Below, piece by piece: positions 27,919 through 36,882 of a stretch of 64,000 nt of DNA. The first letter of the stretch is position 1. Each line of letters opens with the position of its first letter. The translations under genes were made by a program, and so were the position numbers. Below the pieces are notes generated by a model, which made no database searches, was not told the DNA's origin, and saw only the letters and a list, made by a program, of their open reading frames with translations. This DNA comes from Candidatus Aerophobetes bacterium Ae_b3b (GTDB lineage: Bacteria > Aerophobota > Aerophobia > Aerophobales > AE-B3A), in NCBI GenBank assembly GCA_005223085.1, contig NJBP01000005.1:2815-66814 (forward strand). The letters are read 5' to 3'.

Positions 27919-27965
27919 CCAGCGAGTGATCTCGCTCGTAATGACGTGGTTGAGTGAATACTTAG
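27897..27965. repeat. short variant of the MITE-like element (arms only)
   Basis: 'TGCTTCACTCCGTTCGCAATGA' and 'AATGACGTGGTTGAGTGAATACTTAG' resemble the left and right arms of copies at 2468 and 36764. The centre is replaced by the hairpin GCGAG-TGAT-CTCGC. Overlaps the last codons and stop of the E2 gene. Confidence 0.5.
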
Positions 27966-27977
27966 ATGGAGAGGGCC

Positions 27978-28616
27978 ATGTTTACCGGAATAATAGAGGA
28001 GATGGGGACAGTAGAAAAATTATGGATTGGCTCTTCTTATAGGTTGAGAATAAGAGCAAAGAAAGTATTGCCGGGAACCAAACCTTCCCACAGTATAGCG
28101 GTAGACGGGGTTTGTTTAACGGCGACTGAGGTAGACCGGGAAAGTTTCTCGGTCGAAATAATGGCTCAAACCCTGAATAAAACTAATTTATCTCTGATGA
28201 AAGAAGGAGATAAAGTCAACCTAGAAAGAGCGACATCTCTATCATCTCTCTTAGGGGGACATATAGTAACTGGGGATGTGGATGGAGTGGGCAGGATATC
28301 GAGAATAGATAAAAGGGTGGGGGAGACCGTAATGCAGATTGAATTTCTCCCACGTCTGGCAAAATATATAGTCAATCAAGGTCGTGTGTCTTTGGATGGG
28401 GTTAGTTTAACCGTAGCTGATTGTCGAGCTTCGAATTTTACCGTCCACCTTATTCCTTTTACCTTAAACAACACCACCCTGGGTCTAAAAAAAAGAGGGA
28501 ATTTGCTTAACCTGGAGGTAGATATAATTTCTAAATATATAGAGAAAATGATCCATAATCAAAGTGGTTCTGGCTCGAGAATAGATAGAGGATTTTTAAA
28601 AGCTATGGGGTATTGA
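27978..28616 (+). CDS. ribE: riboflavin synthase
   Basis: 'MFTGIIEEMGTV', 'SIAVDGVCLT', 'VSLDGVSLTV' (duplicated lumazine-binding repeats). ATG at 27978 preferred. Confidence 0.9.
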   Translation: MFTGIIEEMGTVEKLWIGSSYRLRIRAKKVLPGTKPSHSIAVDGVCLTATEVDRESFSVEIMAQTLNKTNLSLMKEGDKVNLERATSLSSLLGGHIVTGDVDGVGRISRIDKRVGETVMQIEFLPRLAKYIVNQGRVSLDGVSLTVADCRASNFTVHLIPFTLNNTTLGLKKRGNLLNLEVDIISKYIEKMIHNQSGSGSRIDRGFLKAMGY

Positions 28617-28683
28617 ACTGAAAACCAGAAAAGTGCCAATAAGAATTTGTAAGGTTCCCAAGTAATTTACAAGAGGTGAGATA

Positions 28684-29892
28684 ATGAAGTTTAATCCCAT
28701 AGATGAAATTATGAAGGACTTCAAAAAAGGTAAGATGGTGATCGTGGTGGACGACAAGGATAGAGAAAATGAGGGTGATCTTATAGTCCCCGCTTCCCAA
28801 GCCACTCCTGAGGTGATAAACTTTATGGCTAAATATGGAAGAGGGTTGATTTGTCTGGCTATCACTTCTGAGAGGGCCCGGGAGTTGGGGCTTAGTCCCA
28901 TGGTAAATGAAAACACCTCTCTCAAAGGGACTCCCTTTACTGTCTCCGTGGATGCCAAGCATAATACTACTACTGGAATATCTGCCTATGACCGAGCCCG
29001 GACTGTAGGAGTTCTCATTCACCCTCAGACTAAAGAGGAAGATCTGGCAAAGCCTGGTCATGTGTTCCCATTAATTAGTAAGAATGGAGGAGTTCTCGTA
29101 AGAGCCGGTCATACCGAGGCAGCGGTAGATTTAGCCAGATTAGCGGGATTTTACCCGGCAGGGGTTCTCTGTGAGATGATGGGAGAAGATGGCAGGATGG
29201 CCAGACTTCCTGAGCTTTTATCTTTCGCTGCTCACCATGGTTTGAAGATATGTAGCCTGGCCGACATCATATCATATCGTTGGAAGAAGGAAAAACTGGT
29301 TAAAAGAGAAGTTGTTACCGATCTTCCTACTCACTACGGGAATTTTAAACTCATCGCCTACAGGACTCTCCTCGAGGATAGGATTCATCTTGCTCTGATA
29401 AAAGGAAAAGTAAGAAATAAAGAGGATGTTCTGGTGAGGGTGCATTCTCAATGCCTTACGGGAGATGTTTTCAGATCCCTTCGCTGTGACTGCGGGGATC
29501 AGCTTGAGATTGCCTTATACATGATAGGAAAGGCAAGCCATGGCGTGGTACTTTACTTAAACCAGGAGGGGCGTGGAATCGGATTATTAAATAAGCTCAA
29601 AACATATGTGCTTCAGGACAGAGGGATGGATACGGTGGAGGCAAATCAGAAGCTTGGTTTTGAGCCAGATTTACGTAGTTATGGAATTGGAGCTCAGATC
29701 CTTGCCGATTTAGGACTTCACCGGATCAGACTTTTAACCAATAACCCTCGCAAAATAGTGGGTTTAGAGGGGTATGGGTTGGAGATTAGCGAACGCACTC
29801 CTTTAGAGATAAAGCCTAACCGCGTAAACAGGGAGTATTTGAAGACCAAGCAGAAGAAACTCGGTCACCTGCTGAGTTTCGATAAGGAATAG
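28684..29892 (+). CDS. ribBA: bifunctional 3,4-dihydroxy-2-butanone-4-phosphate synthase / GTP cyclohydrolase II
   Basis: '[14 protein letters not shown]', '[16 protein letters not shown]', '[24 protein letters not shown]', '[11 protein letters not shown]'. Confidence 0.95.
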   Translation: MKFNPIDEIMKDFKKGKMVIVVDDKDRENEGDLIVPASQATPEVINFMAKYGRGLICLAITSERARELGLSPMVNENTSLKGTPFTVSVDAKHNTTTGISAYDRARTVGVLIHPQTKEEDLAKPGHVFPLISKNGGVLVRAGHTEAAVDLARLAGFYPAGVLCEMMGEDGRMARLPELLSFAAHHGLKICSLADIISYRWKKEKLVKREVVTDLPTHYGNFKLIAYRTLLEDRIHLALIKGKVRNKEDVLVRVHSQCLTGDVFRSLRCDCGDQLEIALYMIGKASHGVVLYLNQEGRGIGLLNKLKTYVLQDRGMDTVEANQKLGFEPDLRSYGIGAQILADLGLHRIRLLTNNPRKIVGLEGYGLEISERTPLEIKPNRVNREYLKTKQKKLGHLLSFDKE

Positions 29893-29921
29893 TATTAAGT
29901 ACTAAGCATTAAGTACTAAGT

Positions 29922-30464
29922 GGTAGCCGCAGGCTTCAGCCTGCGTAGAGAAATGATAAACAGAAATGTTAGAGAAAAGAAACACCGGTTACCTCTGCAC
30001 TGCTACCTGGGGCAGGTAAGGGTAACCTTCACTCTTTGTATTGAAGACAAAAGACCCTTTTTTGTGGAAAAGGCAATAGTGGATAAGTTCATAGAAATCC
30101 TAAGAGAAGCGAAGGAAAAGTATAATTGTAAAAATTGGGTATATATGTTCATGCCAGATCATTTGCACGTCGTTAATGAAGGTATTTCAGACAGTTCTGA
30201 TTTATGGAAAATGATGAATTTTTTCAAACAAAAGACTGGTTTTTGGCTATCGCGGAATAAAAAAGGAACGAAATGGCAAAAAGATTTTTATGACCATGTT
30301 CATCGGAAAGAAGATGATTTAAAGAAGCACATAATCTACATTCTGGATAATCCAGTAAGAAAAGGGTTAGTCTCTGATTGGAAAGATTATCCTTCCAAAG
30401 GGTCACTGGATTTTAGCTTGGAAGATATTATTTCATGAAACGCAGGATAAATCCTGCGGCTACC
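29922..30464 (+). mobile_element. REP-RAYT unit (tyrosine transposase gene bracketed by inverted REP hairpins)
   Basis: REP-L is GGTAGCCGCAGGCTTCAGCCTGCG (29922-29945). REP-R is CGCAGGATAAATCCTGCGGCTACC (30441-30464), the reverse complement of the same head plus hairpin. The unit sits between ribBA and ribH. Confidence 0.8.
29953..30438 (+). CDS. REP-associated tyrosine transposase (IS200/IS605 TnpA-like Y1 HUH enzyme)
   Basis: HUH motif 'MPDHLHVV' and C-terminal '[32 protein letters not shown]' (catalytic Tyr region). ATG at 29953 is preferred to GTG at 29920, which lies inside REP-L. Confidence 0.75.
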   Translation: MINRNVREKKHRLPLHCYLGQVRVTFTLCIEDKRPFFVEKAIVDKFIEILREAKEKYNCKNWVYMFMPDHLHVVNEGISDSSDLWKMMNFFKQKTGFWLSRNKKGTKWQKDFYDHVHRKEDDLKKHIIYILDNPVRKGLVSDWKDYPSKGSLDFSLEDIIS

Positions 30465-30515
30465 AATTCAAAAAAGGCAAATATTTTTGACAATACCGCC
30501 GAATGGGAGGAAGTT

Positions 30516-30983
30516 ATGAAAAATTATAAAGGGAAGATAAGGGGTAAAGGACTAAGATTTGGAATAATAGTTTCACGTTTTAATGAGTTTGTCACTGAGA
30601 AACTTTTGGAAGGAGCCCTGGACGCACTCGAGAGGCATGAGGTGGAGGAAGAAAATATTGAGATTATTTGGGTTCCTGGTTCTTTTGAAATCTCGGCTCT
30701 AGCCTCAAAGCTAGCCAAAAAGGAAAGATTTAATGCTCTGATCTGCTTGGGGGCTATTATTCGGGGTGAGACACCTCATTTTGAGCTGATATCATCTCAA
30801 GTAGCTCGAGGAATCGCCACCTTAGCTTTAAAGGAAGAAATCCCCGTTATTTTTGGAGTCATTACTGCCGATACTTTGGAGCAGGCAATCGAGAGAGCAG
30901 GTACTAAAGCAGGAAACCGAGGTTGGAACGCAGCCGTGTCTGCTATGGAAATGGTGGATCTTTATCAACAGGTGCAGAAATAG
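30516..30983 (+). CDS. ribH: 6,7-dimethyl-8-ribityllumazine synthase
   Basis: '[20 protein letters not shown]', 'IWVPGSFEI', '[13 protein letters not shown]'. ATG at 30516 with a GGGAGG SD. The ORF-track start at 30435 reads through REP-R. Confidence 0.9.
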   Translation: MKNYKGKIRGKGLRFGIIVSRFNEFVTEKLLEGALDALERHEVEEENIEIIWVPGSFEISALASKLAKKERFNALICLGAIIRGETPHFELISSQVARGIATLALKEEIPVIFGVITADTLEQAIERAGTKAGNRGWNAAVSAMEMVDLYQQVQK

Positions 30984-31888
30984 CTAGAGGAAATACAAAG
31001 AGGGCCAACACCAAGATCTGGACAGTTAAGAAGAGCCTCAAGTGGGCTACCCGGTATTTGGAAGAAAGAGGAATCGAGAATCCCTGCCTGACCTCGGAAC
31101 TTCTACTGAGTCAACTTTTACAGAAGAAACGTTTCCATCTTTATCTTGACGGGGATCGAGATCTTCCTGGTTCAGTTCGTACCCTTTTCCTAAATTTGGT
31201 CAAAAAGCGTGGTCAATATGTCCCCCTATCTTATCTTACCGGCAGCCAAGATTTCATGGGTTACAGTTTCAAGGTGAATCCGAGGGTCTACATACCCCGT
31301 CCTGAGACCGAGATATTAGTAGAAAAGGTTCTTGAAGTAACTAGTTTGCCAAGAGGAAGAGAATTTATTGCCGTTGATCTGGGAACGGGCTGTGGAAATA
31401 TTGCCATAACTTTAGCCAAGCAATTAGAAAGATCAAGGATCTGGGCGGTCGATATTTCACCCGAGTCTTTGGAAGTCGCCAGATGCAATGCCCAATTGCA
31501 TTATGTGGATAAAAAGGTTGAGTTTTTAAGGGGAGATTTATTTACTCCTCTTATCAGGCTAGGCTTAGAGAGAAGAGTTGATTTAGTAATTTCCAATCCT
31601 CCCTATGTAGCCTCCACTCAGATGAAGAATTTGCCACCTGAGGTAAGAAAAGAACCGAAGGTGGCTCTGGAAGGCGGGGAAGAAGGATTGAGTGTGCATA
31701 GAAGAATTATCTGGCAAGCTCCTCGTTTTTTGAATAGAGGAGGTCTTCTTGCTCTAGAGATTGGATGCGGTCAGGTCAAGATTATAAAGGATTTAATTTC
31801 GGCCCAACCTCAGCTTTTACCTCCTAAGATTGTCTCGGATTACCAAGGAAAGGAACGGGTAGTGCTTACAAGGAAAAGAAGTGATTAG
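30923..31888 (+). CDS. prmC: release-factor glutamine N5-methyltransferase
   Basis: '[11 protein letters not shown]' SAM motif and 'VISNPPYV' (NPPY). The start is uncertain: the TTG at 30923 overlaps ribH by 61 nt, and no canonical start occurs after the ribH stop. Confidence 0.8.
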   Translation: MERSRVCYGNGGSLSTGAEIARGNTKRANTKIWTVKKSLKWATRYLEERGIENPCLTSELLLSQLLQKKRFHLYLDGDRDLPGSVRTLFLNLVKKRGQYVPLSYLTGSQDFMGYSFKVNPRVYIPRPETEILVEKVLEVTSLPRGREFIAVDLGTGCGNIAITLAKQLERSRIWAVDISPESLEVARCNAQLHYVDKKVEFLRGDLFTPLIRLGLERRVDLVISNPPYVASTQMKNLPPEVRKEPKVALEGGEEGLSVHRRIIWQAPRFLNRGGLLALEIGCGQVKIIKDLISAQPQLLPPKIVSDYQGKERVVLTRKRSD

Positions 31889-31960
31889 TGGTCAGGGTTT
31901 AATGAAAAACCAAGAGAGTTACCTAAGGCCTTGATTTCTTGATCAATAGTTTCTTTTCTT

Positions 31961-32218
31961 GAGATTTAGGAATTTATACACTTGTCGAAAGACATTTTCT
32001 GGTCCGAAGGAGGCGCAGCCGGAGCCTTATAGGAGCTACCTTAACGAAGCTTCGAGTTGAGGAAAAAGAAAGACGTGATGTCTGAGGAGCAGAGCGACGA
32101 GTTTCACGTCTTTCCCGGCCGTTAAGGTGCCGCAGGCAACGAGAAGCTGAGCAGAAATAATAAAAGGCTACTATACAGCGACGGAAGAAAATTGTCCTGA
32201 GACATTTTTTTGAGGAGT
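31961..32218 (+). repeat. structured intergenic element, copy B (abuts the mrdA start)
   Basis: Same architecture as 22759-22970. Hairpin GAAAGACGTGA(32068-32078)/TCACGTCTTTC(32104-32114). Ends TGTCGAAAGAC (31983-31993) and GTCCTGAGACA (32194-32204). Carries extra sequence around 32117-32140. Confidence 0.75.
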
Positions 32219-32223
32219 AAATT

Positions 32224-33990
32224 TTGGTTCCAGTAAGAGGCAAAAGAAAGAGATTTGAGACAAGGATTAAGATTTTATGGGTTGTCATAGTCTGTAGTTT
32301 TCTCATTCTTCTGGCAAGGATAGCCTGGCTGCAATTAATAGAAGGAGAAAGATATCTTCGTATTTCTAAGAATTCTCGCCTTCAACTCCTTCCTCTTCCT
32401 TGTACCCGAGGTCTCATTTTGGATAGAAATGGTAAGAAGTTAACTCACAATGAGGCCTCATTTTCAGTAGGGGTAATTCCATCCAATGTAAGCAATCCAG
32501 ACCATCTTCTTGATCGTCTAGCTATTATCTTAAAGCTAGATAAAAAGGCTATTCTGGAAAGAATTCGCCGGGCCCCCAATCCTTTTAAACCTGTGGTGTT
32601 GAAAAAAAATGTGGGTATGTCTACCGTGACTTTTCTCCTGGAGAGAGAGGAAGAGTTTCCCGGAGTTGTCATTATTGCCCAACCAGTACGTACTTATCTT
32701 TACGGCGGACTCGCCTCTCATCTTCTTGGTCACCTGGGAGAGGTGAACCAAGCCGAGCTTGCCCTTAGTTCTGGCTATGGCATCGAGTTGGGAGATCTGG
32801 TGGGGAAGATGGGAGTAGAAAAGGTATGCAATAGATATCTACAAGGAGAAAAGGGAGGTAAACAAATAGAAGTAGATGCTCATGGCCGCGCCTTAAGAAC
32901 AATTTCCGAGAAAGATCCTGTCCCAGGTCATAGTCTCTATTTAACCATAGATCTTCGAATGCAGGAGATTGCTGAAAAAGAGTTGGGAGAAAGGAAAGGG
33001 GTGGTATTGATTGGTGATCCATATACCGGAGGGATCTTTGCTTTGGTGAGTTACCCTGGCTTTGATCCAAATCTTTTTTCCTGGGGTATATCAGAAAGTG
33101 AGTGGAATAGATTAAGAGATGAACCTTTGCATCCCCTGGAGAATCGAGCTACCAGGGGAGAATATCCTCTTGGTTCCGCTATTAAAGTCATAACTGCTTC
33201 AGCGGCTCTGGAGGAGGGAATTATTAGCAAGGAGGATACTTTCTTTTGTGGAGGGAATTTTACCATTGGTAACCGGGTGTTTAAGGGATGGAAAGAAGAA
33301 GGTCATGGGGAAATAAATCTGGAAGAGGCTATTATTCATTCCTGCAATGTCTACTTTTATCAACTGGGCTTGCGCCTGGGAGTAAAACGAATAATCCGAT
33401 ACGCTAGTCTCTTTGGTTTAGGGAAGCCCACCGGTATAGATCTTGGGTCTGAGAAGCCAGGGTTTTTACCCACTCGCGATTGGAAGAAGAAACACAAAGG
33501 GGAGGCCTGGTATGGAGGGGACACGGTCAATCTCTCCATTGGACAGGGGTATATCTTAGTTACCCCGGTTCAAATGCTTAAAGTCATCAGCGTTATAGCC
33601 AATGGAGGATATCTGATTAGGCCCTATTTGATAAAGAAAATAGTAAGTCCGAGAGGTGATCTTATTAAGGAATTTCAACCCCCAAAGATGGAAAGAGTTC
33701 CTCTTTCTTCAGCTACACTCAATTTTCTAAGAAGATCCTTAAGGGGCGTAGTGCGGGAAGGGACAGGGTGGCGGGCAGAAAGTAAAACAGTGGAAATTTC
33801 CGGGAAAACCGGTACGGCAGAGCTATCCGAAGGCGAGAAACCCCATAATTGGTTCATAGGCTATGCTTCATCTACTCATCTCCGTCTGGCTATCGTGGTT
33901 TTGGTAGAAAATCGAGAAGAAGATATACAGATTGCTCCCCAGATTGCCGGAAAAATTTTTTCCCAGATCTTCGAAAAAAATGTACCCTGA
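32224..33990 (+). CDS. mrdA: penicillin-binding protein 2 (elongasome transpeptidase)
   Basis: N-terminal TM, 'RGLILDRNGK', 'PLGSAIKV' (SxxK), 'SCN', 'SGKTGTA' (KTG). TTG start. Confidence 0.9.
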   Translation: MVPVRGKRKRFETRIKILWVVIVCSFLILLARIAWLQLIEGERYLRISKNSRLQLLPLPCTRGLILDRNGKKLTHNEASFSVGVIPSNVSNPDHLLDRLAIILKLDKKAILERIRRAPNPFKPVVLKKNVGMSTVTFLLEREEEFPGVVIIAQPVRTYLYGGLASHLLGHLGEVNQAELALSSGYGIELGDLVGKMGVEKVCNRYLQGEKGGKQIEVDAHGRALRTISEKDPVPGHSLYLTIDLRMQEIAEKELGERKGVVLIGDPYTGGIFALVSYPGFDPNLFSWGISESEWNRLRDEPLHPLENRATRGEYPLGSAIKVITASAALEEGIISKEDTFFCGGNFTIGNRVFKGWKEEGHGEINLEEAIIHSCNVYFYQLGLRLGVKRIIRYASLFGLGKPTGIDLGSEKPGFLPTRDWKKKHKGEAWYGGDTVNLSIGQGYILVTPVQMLKVISVIANGGYLIRPYLIKKIVSPRGDLIKEFQPPKMERVPLSSATLNFLRRSLRGVVREGTGWRAESKTVEISGKTGTAELSEGEKPHNWFIGYASSTHLRLAIVVLVENREEDIQIAPQIAGKIFSQIFEKNVP

Positions 33991-35047
33991 TTCTCGACCA
34001 TACGATTGGCTACTTCTATTGGCGGTCTTAGGTCTTTCTCTGGGTGGACTTTTCCACCTTTATACGATTTCTTTTGTTCATCAGTCTTATTATTTTTTTC
34101 GCCAGATAGCCTGGGTGGGGATAGGATTGGGACTGCTAGTTCTATTTTCTTATCTTCGGATCAGTCTATGGGAGAAGGTAGCTCATCTTTTTTATTTGGC
34201 AATTTTTATTACCCTCCTTTTGGTATTATTTAGAGGAGAAGGTGCACATGGTGCACAGAGGTGGTTCAGGCTGGGGACATTTAGTTTCCAGCCCTCTGAG
34301 TTTGCTAAACTCAGCCTCATCATTGTTTTAGCTAAGTTGCTGGCTGCCAAGGATAATATAGGATGGAGACAAATAGGTCTATCTTTTTGTTTTACTTTCC
34401 CTTTCCTTATCTTAGTCGCCCTGCAACCTGATCTGGGAAGTGCTCTCATTTTGCTTCCACTTTGGCTGGGGATGCTCTTTTTGGCCGGTGTCTCTCCGAG
34501 AAAGCTTCTTACCATTCTGGGAATAGGGGCATCTTCCTTTCCATTTTTTTATTTATTGTTACGTCCCTATCAAAAGATGCGTATTCTGACCTTTTTGAAT
34601 CCCGGTCGAGATCCTCTTGGCACAGGGTGGGCCGTCCTACAGTCTAAGGTTGCTCTAGGTTCAGGAAAATTAGTAGGCAAAGGTATTGGAGGAGCTCTTC
34701 ATACCCAACTCAGTTTTCTTCCTCAACCCTTTACGGATTTTGTATTCGCCAGCATTGGTGAAGAGTGGGGATTTGTTGGAACAGGGATTTTTATAGGACT
34801 GTATTTTGTCATTATAACTAGAGGCATGAAGATAGCTAGACAATCTACCAATGGTTTTACCAGGCTGGTAAGTGGTGGTCTGATCATTCTATTATTTTTC
34901 CAGGTTTTTATTACCGTGGGAATGACGATAGGGATCATGCCTGTTACCGGTATGCCTTTACCTCTGGTGAGCTATGGGGGAAGTTCTATTATAATGTTTT
35001 TTCTGGGGATGGGATTATTGCTCAGTATGAAGAGATTCGGGGAATAG
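33980..35047 (+). CDS. rodA: SEDS-family peptidoglycan glycosyltransferase RodA
   Basis: 'FSFQPSEFAKL', 'QPDLGSALI', 'LPQPFTDFVFASIGEEWGF', 'MPLPLVSYGGSS'. ATG at 33980 overlaps the mrdA stop. Confidence 0.9.
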   Translation: MYPDSRPYDWLLLLAVLGLSLGGLFHLYTISFVHQSYYFFRQIAWVGIGLGLLVLFSYLRISLWEKVAHLFYLAIFITLLLVLFRGEGAHGAQRWFRLGTFSFQPSEFAKLSLIIVLAKLLAAKDNIGWRQIGLSFCFTFPFLILVALQPDLGSALILLPLWLGMLFLAGVSPRKLLTILGIGASSFPFFYLLLRPYQKMRILTFLNPGRDPLGTGWAVLQSKVALGSGKLVGKGIGGALHTQLSFLPQPFTDFVFASIGEEWGFVGTGIFIGLYFVIITRGMKIARQSTNGFTRLVSGGLIILLFFQVFITVGMTIGIMPVTGMPLPLVSYGGSSIIMFFLGMGLLLSMKRFGE

Positions 35048-35048
35048 A

Positions 35049-35067
35049 GTCCCGAGATATTTCTTGA
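35049..35067 (+). repeat. 19-nt dispersed motif GTCCCGAGATATTTCTTGA
   Basis: Exact copy starting 2 nt after the rodA stop. Its TTGA forms part of the TTGACA -35 box. Confidence 0.9.
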
Positions 35068-35091
35068 CAGTTTTATATCCTTCTGTATATT
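35064..35091 (+). promoter_or_regulatory. sigma70-like promoter (TTGACA-16-TATATT)
   Basis: TTGACA 35064-35069 and TATATT 35086-35091, about 190 nt upstream of the leuC start. Confidence 0.45.
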
Positions 35092-35186
35092 GAATGCACC
35101 TGAGGTATAGAATTTCAATAATTTCTCTGAATTGTTATCAAGTAAACCTTGGCAATCGAGATATCAGAAAAAAAAGAGGGGAGCAG

Positions 35187-35281
35187 GCTCGACTTGCTCG
35201 AGCGAAGCGAGAGTCGGCTTTGCCGATCGAGCCGTCGAGGGGGGATATTTCCCCCCTCGAGTATCTTGGTGGGGGATGGGA
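35187..35281 (+). promoter_or_regulatory. hairpin-rich 5' leader of leuC with a possible SD-sequestering switch
   Basis: Hairpins GCTCGA/TCGAGC (35187-35203) and TCGGC-TTT-GCCGA (about 35213-35227). A further 11-bp stem TCGAGGGGGGA/TCCCCCCTCGA (35235-35260, loop TATT). The C6 tract could alternatively pair with the G-rich SD at 35268-35280. Confidence 0.4.
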
Positions 35282-36562
35282 ATGACTTCTGGTTTCACCA
35301 TGCCAATGACCATTACTGAGAAAATCCTAGCTTCTCATTCTGGAACCACCGAGGTGAAAGAAGGAGAATTTGTCGAGGCTCAAGTCGATCTTGCATTTGC
35401 TAATGACATTACTGCTCCCTTGGCCATAAAGAAGTTTGAGGAGTGGGATGGACAGCGAGTTTTTGATTCAGAAAAAGTGGCTTTTGTACTCGATCATTTC
35501 ACACCCAATAAGGATGTAATCACGGCAGACCAATGCAGATTGGTCCGGGAATTTGCGCAGTGCCAAAATATCACCCATTATTTTGAGGCAGGAGCCTGCG
35601 GCATAGAGCATGTTTTGCTCCCGGAAAAGGGACTGGTTCTCCCGGGAGATCTGGTAATTGGAGCTGACTCTCATACCTGTACTGCTGGAGCTTTGGCTGC
35701 CTTTGCCAGTGGAGTAGGCAGTACAGATCTAGCTGCTGTCATGATCACCGGTAAGATCTGGCTTAGGGTCCCCTCAACCATTAGGTTGACATATCATGGT
35801 GAACTTCAGCCATGGACTAGTGCCAAGGATCTGATCCTTTATACAATTGGGGATATAGGCGTTGATGGAGCATCTTATCGGAGTATGGAATTCACCGGCA
35901 GGGTTCTCTCCAGGCTACGCATGGCGGGGCGATTTACCATGTGTAACATGGCTGTAGAAGCCGGAGCCAAGAATGCCATTGTCGAGCCAGACGAGGTTAC
36001 CTTAAATTATATTAAGGGGAGAGGAGAAAGGGATTTCAGCCTTTATTACAGTGATCCTGAGGCTGAATATCTGGAGACGAGGGATTACAATGTTAGGAAA
36101 ATTGAGCCTCAGGTGGCCTTACCGTCTCTACCCGCCAATGTTAGGGGAATATCAGAAGTGGAATCAGTAGCCATCGATCAGACGGTTATAGGTAGTTGTA
36201 CTAATGGTCATCTGGAAGACCTAAGAGTTGCTGCAGGAATATTGAAAGGAAAGAAGGTTCATTCAGAGGTTAGGCTGATAATTGTTCCAGCTACTCCTTT
36301 GGTTTACCTCGAGGCTCTAAAAGAAGGATTACTTCAGATTTTCTCAGAGGCAGGTGCACTGATTAGTCCTCCCACCTGTGGACCTTGCATTGGAGGACAT
36401 ATGGGCGTACTGGGGAAAGGGGAGGTGGCAATTGCCACCACCAATCGTAATTTTAGAGGAAGAATGGGTCATCCTGAAAGTGAAGTTTATCTAGCTGGTC
36501 CAGCAATAGCCGCTGCTTCATCAATTAAGGGCAGGATTGCAGGTCCTGATGAGATAAAATAA
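35282..36562 (+). CDS. leuC: 3-isopropylmalate/homoaconitate dehydratase large subunit (aconitase family, archaeal-type LeuC/HacA)
   Basis: 'MTITEKILASHSG', 'DHFTPNKD', 'GADSHTCTAGALAAFASGVGSTD', 'GSCTNG', 'PTCGPCIGGHMG'. No small-subunit gene follows. Confidence 0.85.
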   Translation: MTSGFTMPMTITEKILASHSGTTEVKEGEFVEAQVDLAFANDITAPLAIKKFEEWDGQRVFDSEKVAFVLDHFTPNKDVITADQCRLVREFAQCQNITHYFEAGACGIEHVLLPEKGLVLPGDLVIGADSHTCTAGALAAFASGVGSTDLAAVMITGKIWLRVPSTIRLTYHGELQPWTSAKDLILYTIGDIGVDGASYRSMEFTGRVLSRLRMAGRFTMCNMAVEAGAKNAIVEPDEVTLNYIKGRGERDFSLYYSDPEAEYLETRDYNVRKIEPQVALPSLPANVRGISEVESVAIDQTVIGSCTNGHLEDLRVAAGILKGKKVHSEVRLIIVPATPLVYLEALKEGLLQIFSEAGALISPPTCGPCIGGHMGVLGKGEVAIATTNRNFRGRMGHPESEVYLAGPAIAAASSIKGRIAGPDEIK

Positions 36563-36688
36563 AAGAGTGAAGAGAATGATGCCGGTAGCAGAAAGAATCA
36601 GAAGAATTCCTCCTTTGAGAAAAGAATGCAAGAAGCGGTGGAACGAATTGGGTCAGTATTAACCTGATACCCACAGGAAAAATTCGTC

Positions 36689-36717
36689 TTGACAGTTGGG
36701 AGAGGTTTTGTTAAAAT
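36689..36717 (+). promoter_or_regulatory. sigma70-like promoter (TTGACA-17-TAAAAT)
   Basis: TTGACA 36689-36694 and TAAAAT 36712-36717. The downstream transcript would include MITE copy 2 before the coiled-coil gene at 36977. Confidence 0.45.
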
Positions 36718-36763
36718 AACTTTAAAATCGAAGATATTCGACATACACATAAATAGGTGGGCG

Positions 36764-36882
36764 TGTAAATGCTCAGTAAACGCCGTGTCACATTGAATTT
36801 TCAGGGTAGCCGCACCCTTTAGGGTGCGCAGGCTCTGAGCCTTGCGACTACCAAAAATGACGGGGTTCACTGAATACTTACG
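36764..36882. repeat. MITE-like palindromic element with REP-doublet core (copy 2)
   Basis: Arms near-identical to 2468-2610. REPs at 36805-36828 and 36827-36852. Flanked by direct TGGGCG (36758-36763, 36883-36888). Confidence 0.75.

Noticed and set aside
27919-27977. An FMN riboswitch expected upstream of the rib genes.
   Set aside because: Only 59 nt separate the E2 stop and the ribE start, and they are occupied by the MITE-arm variant. No RFN-like conserved segments were seen.
35100-35281. A T-box riboswitch upstream of leuC.
   Set aside because: No AGAGA/GNUGGNA T-box sequence, specifier loop or terminator U-tract could be found by eye, and the leader (~190 nt) is short for a T-box.
35094-35285. 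The upstream ORFs 35094-35285 (63 aa) and the 35132 start of the leuC ORF, considered as a leader peptide or N-terminal extension.
   Set aside because: There is no Leu/Ile/Val-rich run expected of an attenuation leader peptide. The sequence is dominated by hairpin-forming GC tracts. LeuC similarity begins at 'MTITEKIL', just after the ATG at 35282.
36576-36662. A 28-codon ORF (MMPVAERIRRIPPLRKECKKRWNELGQY) right after leuC, considered as a leuD remnant.
   Set aside because: It has no resemblance to the LeuD/HacB N-terminus (..GDNIDTD..) and only a weak SD. It is probably non-coding.
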